IMG/VR virus record: IMGVR_UViG_3300031414_000008
Location: 32,001-96,000 of that record
DNA length: 64,000 nt
Source: a virus
Strand: one strand, 5' to 3'
Position 1 is the stretch's first letter. Every line of letters begins with the position of its first letter. The notes under the pieces were generated by a model. That model did not search any database, was not told the origin of the DNA, and was given only the letters and a program-made list of their open reading frames with translations. A program made the translations under genes and the position numbers. Positions 37,325 through 46,480 of the stretch are shown piece after piece.

Positions 37325-37572
37325 TGACCAAACTGCAAGCTGCCGACGCAATGGCTCTCGTGCGTCAATCCCAAGACGACGTTGTGAATAACGCCATCGA
37401 TAATATCCTTGATTTTATCGAATACGCGGCCCGTCAGGCCTTAACGTTCACCGTCGACGATATGCACTCCAACCCGGACGTGCAAGAGAGTGTCACTAAG
37501 AAGCTCGAAGCCTTGGGTTACAAGGTTGAAATCATCGAGAACAACAAAATCAAGATCTCATGGAGAAAGTAA
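37324..37572 (+). CDS. Small protein, same family
   Basis: AADA..IEYAARQ..KLEALGYKV..IKISWRK. Confidence 0.75.
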   Translation: MTKLQAADAMALVRQSQDDVVNNAIDNILDFIEYAARQALTFTVDDMHSNPDVQESVTKKLEALGYKVEIIENNKIKISWRK

Positions 37573-37850
37573 TGGACGCCAGTCAAGCTCGCCAACAAAC
37601 ACAAGACACGATAGCTCACCAGTTCTCGGAACTCGAAGACATGGTCATGGGCAAGATCTCCGACGCCGTGAAACGTGGGGATTATTCCGTGATGGTCTCC
37701 GTGAACGGTAAGAGTGCGGGTGCCAAGTCGGCCCTGCTCGAAATGTTGCGTGCTGCCGGCTATACGCTGCAGGAACCAACCAGCGGTGATCAACGGGATT
37801 ATGGCTACGTGACCATTTCGTGGTTGACACCACCTGAAGTAACAGAGTAA
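37572..37850 (+). CDS. Small protein, same family
   Basis: ASQARQ..ISDAVKRG..LRAAGYTL..VTISW. Confidence 0.75.
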   Translation: MDASQARQQTQDTIAHQFSELEDMVMGKISDAVKRGDYSVMVSVNGKSAGAKSALLEMLRAAGYTLQEPTSGDQRDYGYVTISWLTPPEVTE

Positions 37851-37911
37851 ACTTTCCTTGGGTGATCGGAGGACCGACACCCACTTCACCCTCGTTTTGG
37901 AGAACCATACG

Positions 37912-39153
37912 ATGAAGCAATACAAATTAGCTGTAGTTATCGGCCGCATGCAATTCCTGCACAATGGCCATATTCACCTGTTCAATGAAGCTGCCAAGAA
38001 GGCAGAACAGATTCTCGTCCTCGTCGGCTCGTCCGATAAGGCACCGTCCCCAAGCAATCCTTTTAACTACCAACAGCGTGAGAAGATCGTCTACGGCGCC
38101 CTGAAGGAAGCCGGGATCACTGACGCTCTGAATTCCCGCGTCGGCGTCCTGCCACTTCCGGATGACTATCTGGAAGACCAGTGGATTGCCAACGTGATCA
38201 ACGCCGTCCAGACCTACGCGGAGAACCAGATCGGCGAAACCGGTCAGTTGATCCGTGACGAAGACATTGTTCTGGTTGGCCATGAGAAAGATGCCTCCTC
38301 ATACTACCTGCAGATGTTCCCGCAGTGGGCCTTCTACAATGCCCCGAACGACCGCGGCCTGAATGCCACCGACTTCCGTAAAGAGCTCTTCGATCGCCTG
38401 CCGGCCCGGGACCCTCAGTTTATTGCCAAGCTGCTTAAGCTGACGCAACCCCTGTCCCCGTTTGAATCTGCAGCGTTCTGCCAGGATGTCGCTAGCATTC
38501 TGGAAGAACATTATCCAGAACTGAACCAGCACCTGGGCACTAAACCTTCTGGCGATCTGCGTGCCTTGGACATGACCCACCTGAAGCTGAACTCGCCGAA
38601 AGCCATGCATCCATTCCTGGAAGAGTACATCCGCTCGGAAGAGTACATGAACATGGTGGCGGAGAACGGTCAGTACGCCGATGAGAAGCTGTCCTGGGGT
38701 ATGGCACCGTATCCGGTGACCTTCGTGACCACCGACGCCGTCGTCACTCACCGTTCCTCGATCCTGATGATTCGCCGTAAGAACCATCCGGGTAAAGGCC
38801 TGTGGGCACTCCCAGGCGGATTCCTGGGCGCTAAAGAATGGATCCGTGACTCAATCATCCGTGAACTGCGTGAAGAGACACGTATCGCCGTGGCGAACGA
38901 AGATCTCCTGCGTATCATGCAGCCAATCAAAGTGTTCGATAACCCAGGCCGTTCACTGCGTGGCCGTGTCATTACACACGCCGCTCGTTTTAACCTGGAT
39001 CACCTGGGCTTAACGAAGCGTCCGAAGGTGCGTGCCGATGATGATGCTGAAGCGGTCCGCTGGTTCTCGTTCGGTGAAATCCTGAAGGCCGACAAGTCGC
39101 TCTTCGAAGATCACGCTGAAATCATCCGCCGTCTCGTTTTCTCACGAGGTTGA
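37912..39153 (+). CDS. nadM: Bifunctional NMN adenylyltransferase / Nudix hydrolase (NadM-Nudix)
   Basis: GRMQFLHNGH, SNPFNY..R, VGHEKDASSYYL..FP.W; WALPGGF..E..IRELREET. Confidence 0.92.
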   Translation: MKQYKLAVVIGRMQFLHNGHIHLFNEAAKKAEQILVLVGSSDKAPSPSNPFNYQQREKIVYGALKEAGITDALNSRVGVLPLPDDYLEDQWIANVINAVQTYAENQIGETGQLIRDEDIVLVGHEKDASSYYLQMFPQWAFYNAPNDRGLNATDFRKELFDRLPARDPQFIAKLLKLTQPLSPFESAAFCQDVASILEEHYPELNQHLGTKPSGDLRALDMTHLKLNSPKAMHPFLEEYIRSEEYMNMVAENGQYADEKLSWGMAPYPVTFVTTDAVVTHRSSILMIRRKNHPGKGLWALPGGFLGAKEWIRDSIIRELREETRIAVANEDLLRIMQPIKVFDNPGRSLRGRVITHAARFNLDHLGLTKRPKVRADDDAEAVRWFSFGEILKADKSLFEDHAEIIRRLVFSRG

Positions 39154-39154
39154 T

Positions 39155-39907
39155 ATGATCGGTGAAATTGGTGAAGACGTCATCCTGGTCCGTGAGATCA
39201 TGCGGGAGGGTGAAAAACAAGTGGACGCTGGCTCTGTAGGTCGACTCGTGGAAATACAAGGCGACCTGACGGCCTCGGTATTCTTCGACGGCAAGGGTCG
39301 CTATAAGGTGTCACAGGACGCGATCCGTGGTAAGGCCTTCAAGACCGGAGATGAAGTGCAGCTTAACGCAACTGTCCACGGTGTATTCCAGGTCTACCTC
39401 GTGGGTGAACGCGGGGTTATTCGAAACGTCGTCGCTCAGGGTAATAGCTATCACTACAATGTTTTGATTGGCGACCAGTGCGTCCTCGTTCGTTCTCACT
39501 TACTTCGTAAAGCTGAAGGAAATCCAATGGTTATCTCTGAACTCGCTAAACACATGATCAACGTCGGTAGTGGCGTCAATCACCGTGAGGTACCGGAATG
39601 GTTCCAATCCGTCGTTAATGCTCTTCGTGCCATGCCGGAACTTTCTAAGATGGGGCAGGCTCAGTTGGAATTCGTTATCAAGACACACATGCAGTACCGT
39701 CGTGTCGATAACCGTTCAGACTTGGTCTCCAATGTGCTCTTCGGTATTCCGGCTTGCACTGGCCATCAACAGCTTCGTACCTTGGAAGTCTCTCTGTATG
39801 ACTACAAGGAGAAGCTTGACGCTGAGTGGAAGAAACTGAACAAGGTCATTCCGATCGAGTTCCAGTACGCTGCACTTCGGGCTTACTCGGAGTTGAAGAA
39901 TGACTGA
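39155..39907 (+). CDS. Hypothetical protein with SH3-like N-terminal repeats
   Basis: GEDV.LV..G.VG and GDEVQL..GERG. Confidence 0.65.
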   Translation: MIGEIGEDVILVREIMREGEKQVDAGSVGRLVEIQGDLTASVFFDGKGRYKVSQDAIRGKAFKTGDEVQLNATVHGVFQVYLVGERGVIRNVVAQGNSYHYNVLIGDQCVLVRSHLLRKAEGNPMVISELAKHMINVGSGVNHREVPEWFQSVVNALRAMPELSKMGQAQLEFVIKTHMQYRRVDNRSDLVSNVLFGIPACTGHQQLRTLEVSLYDYKEKLDAEWKKLNKVIPIEFQYAALRAYSELKND

Positions 39908-40310
39908 CTTGATCCCCGTAGGAACGGTAGCCCGTGCTGCCCGGAACATCGGAGACCCACGTCTGACGCTTCCTTATATCTATGCAGGTGAGGAAGTGAC
40001 GGTCATGAGTCATCCGCGTGTCCAGGGAGAAGAGCTACCGTGGGAACCTAACGGCTACATCGTTCGTAACCGTGAGGGTCTCCAGGTGGTTGCCACCCGA
40101 GCGGACATCACGCTTGAACCGGTGCCGCCAGCGAAAACGCTTGAAGAGCACATCGCTGCAGCTTTCCGTGAAGGCTACTCTCAGGGCCACTCCCGTGGCC
40201 TGACCTGCGGAAAGCTGTATGGTGGTGACGACCAGTATATCGTCATCATCCAGGTCGCTACCCGGGATTACGTCCGGGAACTCAGAGGTGAAGATGAATC
40301 CGATTGTTAA
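39900..40310 (+). CDS. Hypothetical protein
   Basis: Overlap-coupled ORF. Confidence 0.65.
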   Translation: MTDLIPVGTVARAARNIGDPRLTLPYIYAGEEVTVMSHPRVQGEELPWEPNGYIVRNREGLQVVATRADITLEPVPPAKTLEEHIAAAFREGYSQGHSRGLTCGKLYGGDDQYIVIIQVATRDYVRELRGEDESDC

Positions 40311-40791
40311 GTACCTGATAGCGATTGGTTTGTTCGGTGCGTACACTTACGGGGTCTACTCTTTCGGCGTCTCTCATCAGGACACGAAGGACCAACTATC
40401 GAACGCCGGGGCGACCATCACACAAACGCAACAAGCCCGCTCGACCGAACAGACTCTGGCGACAGACGCCTGGAAGATCGATGCGGCGTACCAAAAAGGA
40501 GTCCTGGAGGGCCAACAACGTGCACAAACTCTCACTAATTCTCTTCTTAACGGTTCTGTCGGGATGTACGTCCCGATACGTCCCACCACCGCCGTGCCCG
40601 GTCATCCCGCCGCCGTCGCCAAGTCTGTTGCAGAAACACAATGCAGACTTCCTGGACAGACTGCAGCAGATCTTGCCGACCTTGCCCGTCGAGCCGATGC
40701 CATCGTCGAGCAGTCAAACTCCCTCGTCGACTACTATGAACGTGTCCTTACTAAAGTCGGGCACCCCGAGCTGATTCTGGAGCGTAAATGA
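40294..40791 (+). CDS. Rz: i-spanin (Rz-like)
   Basis: GAGGTG SD; N-terminal TM, coiled coil, CRL..LA..AD..V.Q...L..Y. Confidence 0.8.
   Translation: MNPIVKYLIAIGLFGAYTYGVYSFGVSHQDTKDQLSNAGATITQTQQARSTEQTLATDAWKIDAAYQKGVLEGQQRAQTLTNSLLNGSVGMYVPIRPTTAVPGHPAAVAKSVAETQCRLPGQTAADLADLARRADAIVEQSNSLVDYYERVLTKVGHPELILERK
40520..40774 (+). CDS. Rz1: o-spanin lipoprotein embedded in Rz (+1 frame)
   Basis: GGAGG SD 9 nt before GTG; LSLILFLTVLSG-C lipobox; Pro-rich TSRYVPPPPCPVIPPPSP. Confidence 0.82.
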   Translation: MHKLSLILFLTVLSGCTSRYVPPPPCPVIPPPSPSLLQKHNADFLDRLQQILPTLPVEPMPSSSSQTPSSTTMNVSLLKSGTPS

Positions 40792-40834
40792 TCTGGTTCT
40801 GGGTACTCTTTATTCTGCTGATTCTGGGGGTTTT

Positions 40835-41005
40835 ATGACTCACGGTGAACTCTTCTGGTTCGCTCTCTTTATCTGGCTAGCGATCCCTCGCTCGGATTCT
40901 CTGAGCAGCCTTATCGGAAAGACAGGCCTGTTCGTCATGGCCTGCTATAACTTCGTGCTGTGGATCATTGATACCTCGCACCCAACCTTAATTCACTTAG
41001 GATAA
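40835..41005 (+). CDS. 56-aa two-TM membrane protein (holin candidate, weak; not in ORF track)
   Basis: GGGGG SD; two hydrophobic segments; follows spanins. Confidence 0.45.
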   Translation: MTHGELFWFALFIWLAIPRSDSLSSLIGKTGLFVMACYNFVLWIIDTSHPTLIHLG

Positions 41006-41010
41006 CGACT

Positions 41011-42522
41011 ATGTTAGACATGAAGAAAGTTTTAGATGTCCGCCACCAGGCGAAAATGATGATCGAACTCCACGGCCAGCCGACTTCGTTCAACCGTATC
41101 TTCAACGAAATCAACTTCAACCCGCTGACCTGGATGGACGGTTACAAGTTCTCCCAGTTCCTGCAGTATCCGCTGAAGACGAACCACCTGCTCTCCTACA
41201 TCGAAGCCCGCTTCGGTGCCAAGCACGTTGACATTCCGTTCTACATCCAGCCGTTCCTGAAGGAGTTCATGACGCGTCCGCTGACCCAGCGTCACATCGA
41301 CGATCAGGCCGCGGCGAACGCTAAGTACGGTGCTCCGTTCAACAAAGCCGGCTACGAGCGTATCGTGAACGAGTTCGGTGGCCGCTGGCCGGTAGAGATC
41401 AAAGCGCTTCCGGAAGGCTGTATCGTGCCGCCTGGCGTGCCGATGACTTACATCGAAGAGACCCACCCGGACTTCGCGTGGATCGTGTCCCCGTTCGAGA
41501 CCGCGATGCTGCGTGGCGTGTGGTACATGACGACCGTTGGTGCCGTTTCTCTGGCCGTTCAGAAGACCATCCGCAAGTACCTGCTGGAATCCTCTGACCT
41601 GACACCGGTGGAAATCGAAGAGACGATGTCTCTGATGTTGAACGACTTCGGTGCCCGCGGTGCGACTGGCCATGAAGGTGCGATGCTGGGCGGTATGGCC
41701 CACCTGTTGACCGGTCAGCTCGGTACCGACACGATGGAAGCGGTAGACGGCCTGCGGATCTACTACCACCAGGAACGCGGCACCGGCGGCATGACGATCC
41801 CTGCCTCTGAGCACTCCACGGCCACGTCCTTTGGTCTGGAGCCGGAAGAAGAGATCGCGTTCAACAACCACATGATCGAGATGTTCGGTGACGGCTTCAT
41901 CTTCGCGTCGGTCATTGACTCTGCGGATGCTCACCGTAACGTACGCGATCACTGGGGTACGGCGAACCTTGATCGTGTCCTGGCGATGAAGGCCCGTCTG
42001 GTTCTGCGTCCGGATTCTGGCGTGCCGGAAGAAGAGTCGGTCAAAGTCCTCGAGCTGATGTGGGAACGCTTCGGCGGTACGACCAACTCCAAAGGCAAGC
42101 GTGTCCTGAATCCTAAGGTCCGCATGATCTACGGTGACGGCATCAACGAAGAGAGCATCGAGCGTATCTGTGCGGCCGTCGTCGGCACCGGCTTCTCCCT
42201 GGAGAACATGTGCTTCGGGATGGGCGGTGCACTCCTGCAGGACGTCGTTCGCGACACTGAACGCTATGCCATGAAGGCGTGCGAAATCGGTGATGACAAA
42301 GGTCGTCGTCCAATCGGCAAGAAGCCGAAGACTGACCCGACCAAGTCCTCGAAGTTCGGTCCACGCTACCTGTACCTGAACAACTTCGGTGAGATCATCC
42401 AGTACGCCGAGCCGGTGGTCGGTTGCGAAGAGCTGATGTCTGTGCGTTACCGCAACGGTCTGCTCCTCGAAGACTACACCTGTGACATGGTGCGTGACCT
42501 GATCGCTCATCAGCGTCACTAA
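41011..42522 (+). CDS. nadV: Nicotinamide phosphoribosyltransferase
   Basis: DGYKFSQ..QYP, YIEARFG, LNDFGARG, GTDT, PASEHS, VIDS, VLRPDSG, FGMGGALLQ..RDT..YAMKA. Confidence 0.95.
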   Translation: MLDMKKVLDVRHQAKMMIELHGQPTSFNRIFNEINFNPLTWMDGYKFSQFLQYPLKTNHLLSYIEARFGAKHVDIPFYIQPFLKEFMTRPLTQRHIDDQAAANAKYGAPFNKAGYERIVNEFGGRWPVEIKALPEGCIVPPGVPMTYIEETHPDFAWIVSPFETAMLRGVWYMTTVGAVSLAVQKTIRKYLLESSDLTPVEIEETMSLMLNDFGARGATGHEGAMLGGMAHLLTGQLGTDTMEAVDGLRIYYHQERGTGGMTIPASEHSTATSFGLEPEEEIAFNNHMIEMFGDGFIFASVIDSADAHRNVRDHWGTANLDRVLAMKARLVLRPDSGVPEEESVKVLELMWERFGGTTNSKGKRVLNPKVRMIYGDGINEESIERICAAVVGTGFSLENMCFGMGGALLQDVVRDTERYAMKACEIGDDKGRRPIGKKPKTDPTKSSKFGPRYLYLNNFGEIIQYAEPVVGCEELMSVRYRNGLLLEDYTCDMVRDLIAHQRH

Positions 42523-42659
42523 TCAATCGGAGGGCCAAGGATGGCCCAATGAGTAATATACTGCTCATTAATGGCCAAAAGTGCTATTATTGTGTAGTAT
42601 ATTGCTCATTATCTTTTTAGGTCTATAAGCACCGCTAATCATTAAAAAGGGGTCCTTTG

Positions 42660-42677
42660 GGTATAAGTAAGGTGTAA
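42660..42677 (+). promoter_or_regulatory. Phage promoter motif
   Basis: ggtataag taaggt gtaa. Confidence 0.7.
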
Positions 42678-42698
42678 ACCACACAAGGACTTTTGATC

Positions 42699-43562
42699 AT
42701 GATTCTTCAATACCTCAAAGCTATCGACCGCGAACAGTACAACAAATACGTGGACTTCAACATGGGCTACCTGTCCGACCTGAAGCTCAATCTCTTCACC
42801 CCAATGCCTGACGACTACGCGATTAAGAACATCCTCGCGAAGGACGAAATGGACCCGTTTGCCATGTCTCCGAACTCCGCCCCAAGGAAACTCCATGAGG
42901 CGCTGGGCAAACTGATTGAACGTCTGTACTTCTTCAACGAGGAAGAGAAGGCGGCAATCAACGGGGTTATGACGTACCTGGATATCTCGATGAGCCCGGA
43001 CCTGGGTCATATCGAACGCACGCTGGCCCCACTCGAAGGGATCCATGAGGAACTCATCGAGGTAGAGACCGGTGCGGACGGCGTGATCGTGTACGCGAAG
43101 ATGCTCTACAACCGTTCTCGTATCATGGCCCTGCAGTCACGCGGTCTGAATGACCTGGAACGTGAGCTGCGTACGGACCTGGACAAGCAGATCCCCGCGG
43201 ATGAGTTTGCTGCACTCCTGTGTCGCATGAACTCCATTCACCACGCTCTGAAGTCTATTCGGACCTCGGTCATTCCGAGCATGAAAGACAAAGAGATCTG
43301 TGCTATGATTGTCGACATCAGTGAAGCGATGATTACGTACCGTCGCTCCCTGATTGCCCCAGAGAAAGCCGGTCTCGGTGAATTCGATCTGGCAGCGTCC
43401 GAGCAGTTGCTCCTCAAGAAGCAACCGACTCAGGCAGCCGGCGACAACCTCAAGACCATCATCGATTCGTACTCTGCAAAGAACTTAGCGTTCACCCCTG
43501 CGGACTTCCTTCTGTCACTGAACGAAGGTGTTCGCCTGTCAGGTATCAACCTGATGGTGTAA
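42699..43562 (+). CDS. Hypothetical helical protein
   Basis: AAGGA SD, 287 aa. Confidence 0.75.
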   Translation: MILQYLKAIDREQYNKYVDFNMGYLSDLKLNLFTPMPDDYAIKNILAKDEMDPFAMSPNSAPRKLHEALGKLIERLYFFNEEEKAAINGVMTYLDISMSPDLGHIERTLAPLEGIHEELIEVETGADGVIVYAKMLYNRSRIMALQSRGLNDLERELRTDLDKQIPADEFAALLCRMNSIHHALKSIRTSVIPSMKDKEICAMIVDISEAMITYRRSLIAPEKAGLGEFDLAASEQLLLKKQPTQAAGDNLKTIIDSYSAKNLAFTPADFLLSLNEGVRLSGINLMV

Positions 43563-43567
43563 TCACA

Positions 43568-43587
43568 AAGCCCTTCGGGGCTTTTTT
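43568..43587 (+). terminator. Intrinsic terminator
   Basis: aagccc-ttcg-gggctt-tttt. Confidence 0.8.
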
Positions 43588-43597
43588 AGGAGAAAAT

Positions 43598-43813
43598 ATG
43601 CACGTAGAAATTACTGCGATTCCCAAACAGGTCCGTTGCATCGGCCTGAACAACCTGCAAGTTGGCGATTCCTTCGAGCTCTACCGGGAGACCGGTGCTG
43701 AGTCGGACAACCACTGGTTCAATTACGGCAGCATGAAGCAATTCGAGAACAACCTCGATGACCTGATCGTTAACGGGATCGAATTCAAGGTGACCAATGA
43801 AAAAGCCGAGTAA
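43598..43813 (+). CDS. Small hypothetical protein
   Basis: AGGAG SD. Confidence 0.7.
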   Translation: MHVEITAIPKQVRCIGLNNLQVGDSFELYRETGAESDNHWFNYGSMKQFENNLDDLIVNGIEFKVTNEKAE

Positions 43814-45353
43814 CTTCACATACGAATGGTACGACTATGACGCTCTGAACGCGTACGCCGGCCTCGACTGTGTTGCGACTCTGGAACTCATGGCGTCCTT
43901 GATGCCTAAGCTCCTGGATAAACCCCGCTACACCTGGTATCAACAGGGTGTTCGGACGGTATCGACGGCGCCCTCTGTTTTTTCCGAGCAAATTGACATC
44001 AAGACCAAGGCCTTGGAGTTCATTTGCGACATGGAAATCGTGGGGATGCAGTACGATATCGAAGGCAACCGAGCGATGGACAAACGGATGGTGGAGGACT
44101 TGGCAGCGACCGAGGACCAGATCTTTACTGCCATCGGCAAACGCATTGACCTCTCCTCCGCGGTCGTCCTGAAGGACTTCCTGTACCGCGAGATGGGCTT
44201 CGAGGCGCCTATTCAGACCAAACACGGTGACGACTCCACCTCCGGAGATGCCTTGATTGCTCTGAACAAGATCCACAAACTCCCGTGGCTCGAGGCGATC
44301 AAGAAGCGTAACGACGTCATGGCGATGCACGGCAACTTCATCAAGACGTACGTTGAGGACTGGGTCAAGCACGACGGCCGTGTGCATCCGAGCTACAACC
44401 TGCACGGTACGAGTTCTCACCGTATCTCCTCGTCGGAACCGAACCTCTTGAACCTGCCGCGAGGCTACTACGGCTACAACATCCGTCAGCTGTACACCTC
44501 AAAGCCCGGGTACATTTTCTTAGCCTTCGACTTCTCCTCCTGTGAGGTTAAGATTCTGGCCGCCCTGTCGGGTGACGAGACGATGATCGAGGCTTGCGTA
44601 TCCGGCAAGGACTTCCACTCGTACACAGCATCGATGATCTACCACATCGACTACGACGAGTTCGTAGCCATCGTTAAGGATCACCATCACCCAGACCACA
44701 AGAAGTTCAAGAACTACCGTCAGGGCGCCAAGTCTGTGACCTTCGGCCTGCTGTACGGTGCGACCGTTAACTCCATCGCCCGTGACTTAGGCATCGAACT
44801 GCCGGAAGCTCAGGAGATCGTTGACGCTTACTTCAACATCTACCCTCGAGTGAAAGCGTTCATCGCCGACTGCCACGCTATGGCCGGTGATAACCAGTTC
44901 GTCGTGACCCCGTTCGGTCAACGCAAAATGGAATATGGCACGCTGCCTATGTTCCAGGGCTCTGCGGCGTTCAATGCGGCGAAACGTAACGCTCAAAACG
45001 TGATGATTCAGTCTCCGGCGTCGACGCTGGGTCTCGTGGTGTTCACCGAACTGAACCGTCGCATGAAGGAAATCGGCGGCCAGTGCATCTGTACGGTGTA
45101 CGACTCCATTGAAATCGAAGTGCCGCTGGCCCGGGCGGAAGAAGCCGTGAAGCTTGGCTACTACGTCATGAACGATTGGCCTCAGGAAGTGTTCGATTGG
45201 TTGAACTTCCCGATCGGTGCCGATGGTGAAATCGGTTGGAACTGGGGTGACGTGGAGCCCGTCTACGCGACTTCAACCCAGGCAGAAATCATGTCAATGC
45301 TCGCCGCGGCGAACAGCGACAAATTCCAGGAAGCAGTGAGGATGGCAGCATGA
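43797..45353 (+). CDS. polA: DNA polymerase A, C-terminal half: ExoIII plus polymerase domain
   Basis: YAGLDC (ExoIII), RISSSEPNLLNLP, DFSSCE (A), RQGAKSVTFGLLYG (B), TVYDSI (C). Confidence 0.95.
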   Translation: MKKPSNFTYEWYDYDALNAYAGLDCVATLELMASLMPKLLDKPRYTWYQQGVRTVSTAPSVFSEQIDIKTKALEFICDMEIVGMQYDIEGNRAMDKRMVEDLAATEDQIFTAIGKRIDLSSAVVLKDFLYREMGFEAPIQTKHGDDSTSGDALIALNKIHKLPWLEAIKKRNDVMAMHGNFIKTYVEDWVKHDGRVHPSYNLHGTSSHRISSSEPNLLNLPRGYYGYNIRQLYTSKPGYIFLAFDFSSCEVKILAALSGDETMIEACVSGKDFHSYTASMIYHIDYDEFVAIVKDHHHPDHKKFKNYRQGAKSVTFGLLYGATVNSIARDLGIELPEAQEIVDAYFNIYPRVKAFIADCHAMAGDNQFVVTPFGQRKMEYGTLPMFQGSAAFNAAKRNAQNVMIQSPASTLGLVVFTELNRRMKEIGGQCICTVYDSIEIEVPLARAEEAVKLGYYVMNDWPQEVFDWLNFPIGADGEIGWNWGDVEPVYATSTQAEIMSMLAAANSDKFQEAVRMAA

Positions 45354-45685
45354 GTGCATTTGAAAAAGGCAGTAAACATTTACTCTTCCGCATCATGCGG
45401 ATGGTGACCGAGCAGCAGACCGAGCACGGGGCGTTCCGCTTCGTGTATCACCGCACGCTGAACGAGATCAAGGACAAGCTCCTGGAAACGACCGAGGGTG
45501 ACATGAAGTACGTCATTGTTTTCGCCACGATGTTCGGTGATACAGCCTCCCCGGCGACCTCCATGAAGCTCTTCGCCGGCGCCGTCGACGCTCTGATTCA
45601 GGAACCGGGAGCCGAGCTCTCGATTCTGTGCCAGCCGCGGGACTACACGGAGCTGCCGGAGGTCGTAAACATCATCGTGAAGTGA
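45350..45685 (+). CDS. Hypothetical protein
   Basis: ATGA overlap. Confidence 0.7.
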   Translation: MSAFEKGSKHLLFRIMRMVTEQQTEHGAFRFVYHRTLNEIKDKLLETTEGDMKYVIVFATMFGDTASPATSMKLFAGAVDALIQEPGAELSILCQPRDYTELPEVVNIIVK

Positions 45686-45686
45686 G

Positions 45687-45704
45687 GGTATAAGAATAAC
45701 GTAA
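45687..45704 (+). promoter_or_regulatory. Phage promoter motif
   Basis: ggtataag aataac gtaa. Confidence 0.7.
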
Positions 45705-45743
45705 CGGGGAGCTAGACTCCCCTCTTTCAATCAAGGAGTTTGT

Positions 45744-46181
45744 ATGGACATCTTTCGCACGACGACTAAACAGCTGCGATTCAATCTTCAGGCCCGGTTA
45801 CTCAGTGAGATGACTGACGGTCGCCCGCCGCTCGAGCGCTGCATGCTGGGCAACATCATGGTGCTTCGCAATGATATGGCGAACCGTGAACTGAATGAGT
45901 ACATCCGTGAACAGACTTCGGTTCGCGGCGAAGATCACTCCTTCCTGTTCCGTGAGCTGTTCGGCGAAGAGAATCTGACCACTGAGTGGAAGACCTCTGA
46001 ACTTCTCAATGAAGCGGCTAACTGGATGATCGATAACGACATTCATGGCGCCTTCAAGATCGAGACAATCACTTGGCGCTATCGCGATACACCATGGCAC
46101 CTTCCTCTCATCACCGGTTTCTCCGTCCGCGGTACCGGCGTAATGAAAAACACCATCAAAGGCTTCGGGAAATCATCATGA
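45744..46181 (+). CDS. Hypothetical protein
   Basis: AAGGAG SD. Confidence 0.75.
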   Translation: MDIFRTTTKQLRFNLQARLLSEMTDGRPPLERCMLGNIMVLRNDMANRELNEYIREQTSVRGEDHSFLFRELFGEENLTTEWKTSELLNEAANWMIDNDIHGAFKIETITWRYRDTPWHLPLITGFSVRGTGVMKNTIKGFGKSS

Positions 46182-46480
46182 GAAAAGAAGAGATCTTCCA
46201 CCGTCAGTTAATCAACTCGTACGTCAAACACGTCGCGACGACGCCAACAGAGGAGTTCCTGGTTCGCTCAGAGCTGATCCGTCGCACCCGCGAGTTCACC
46301 GGTAACATGGGCCCGGACGGTCCGCAGTACGCTCGTGCCTCTACCGCGATCTTCTTCCGTGGCGACAAGATGGCCTACGAAGAGCACCTCGTCATGGCAC
46401 TGATCGAAGAGCCTGCGTATGTGTACGAAATCGAAACGTTCCCTTACGGGGACACCACTTTGAAATCTGTGAGTATCTAA
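46178..46480 (+). CDS. Hypothetical protein
   Basis: ATGA overlap. Confidence 0.7.
   Translation: MRKEEIFHRQLINSYVKHVATTPTEEFLVRSELIRRTREFTGNMGPDGPQYARASTAIFFRGDKMAYEEHLVMALIEEPAYVYEIETFPYGDTTLKSVSI

Noticed and set aside
40325-40519. 149-aa ORF-track version of the o-spanin
   Set aside because: The upstream part lacks an SD and would bury the signal peptide; GTG 40520 has GGAGG and a proper lipobox.
42549-42620. 23-aa ORF with GQKCYYC resembling an HNH fragment
   Set aside because: Too short, no SD and no further HNH motifs; cannot be supported as a pseudogene.
34700-43900. Split intein or group I intron joining the PolA halves
   Set aside because: No N-terminal Cys/Ser block, no His-Asn terminus and no intron core seen; the intervening DNA is ordinary genes.
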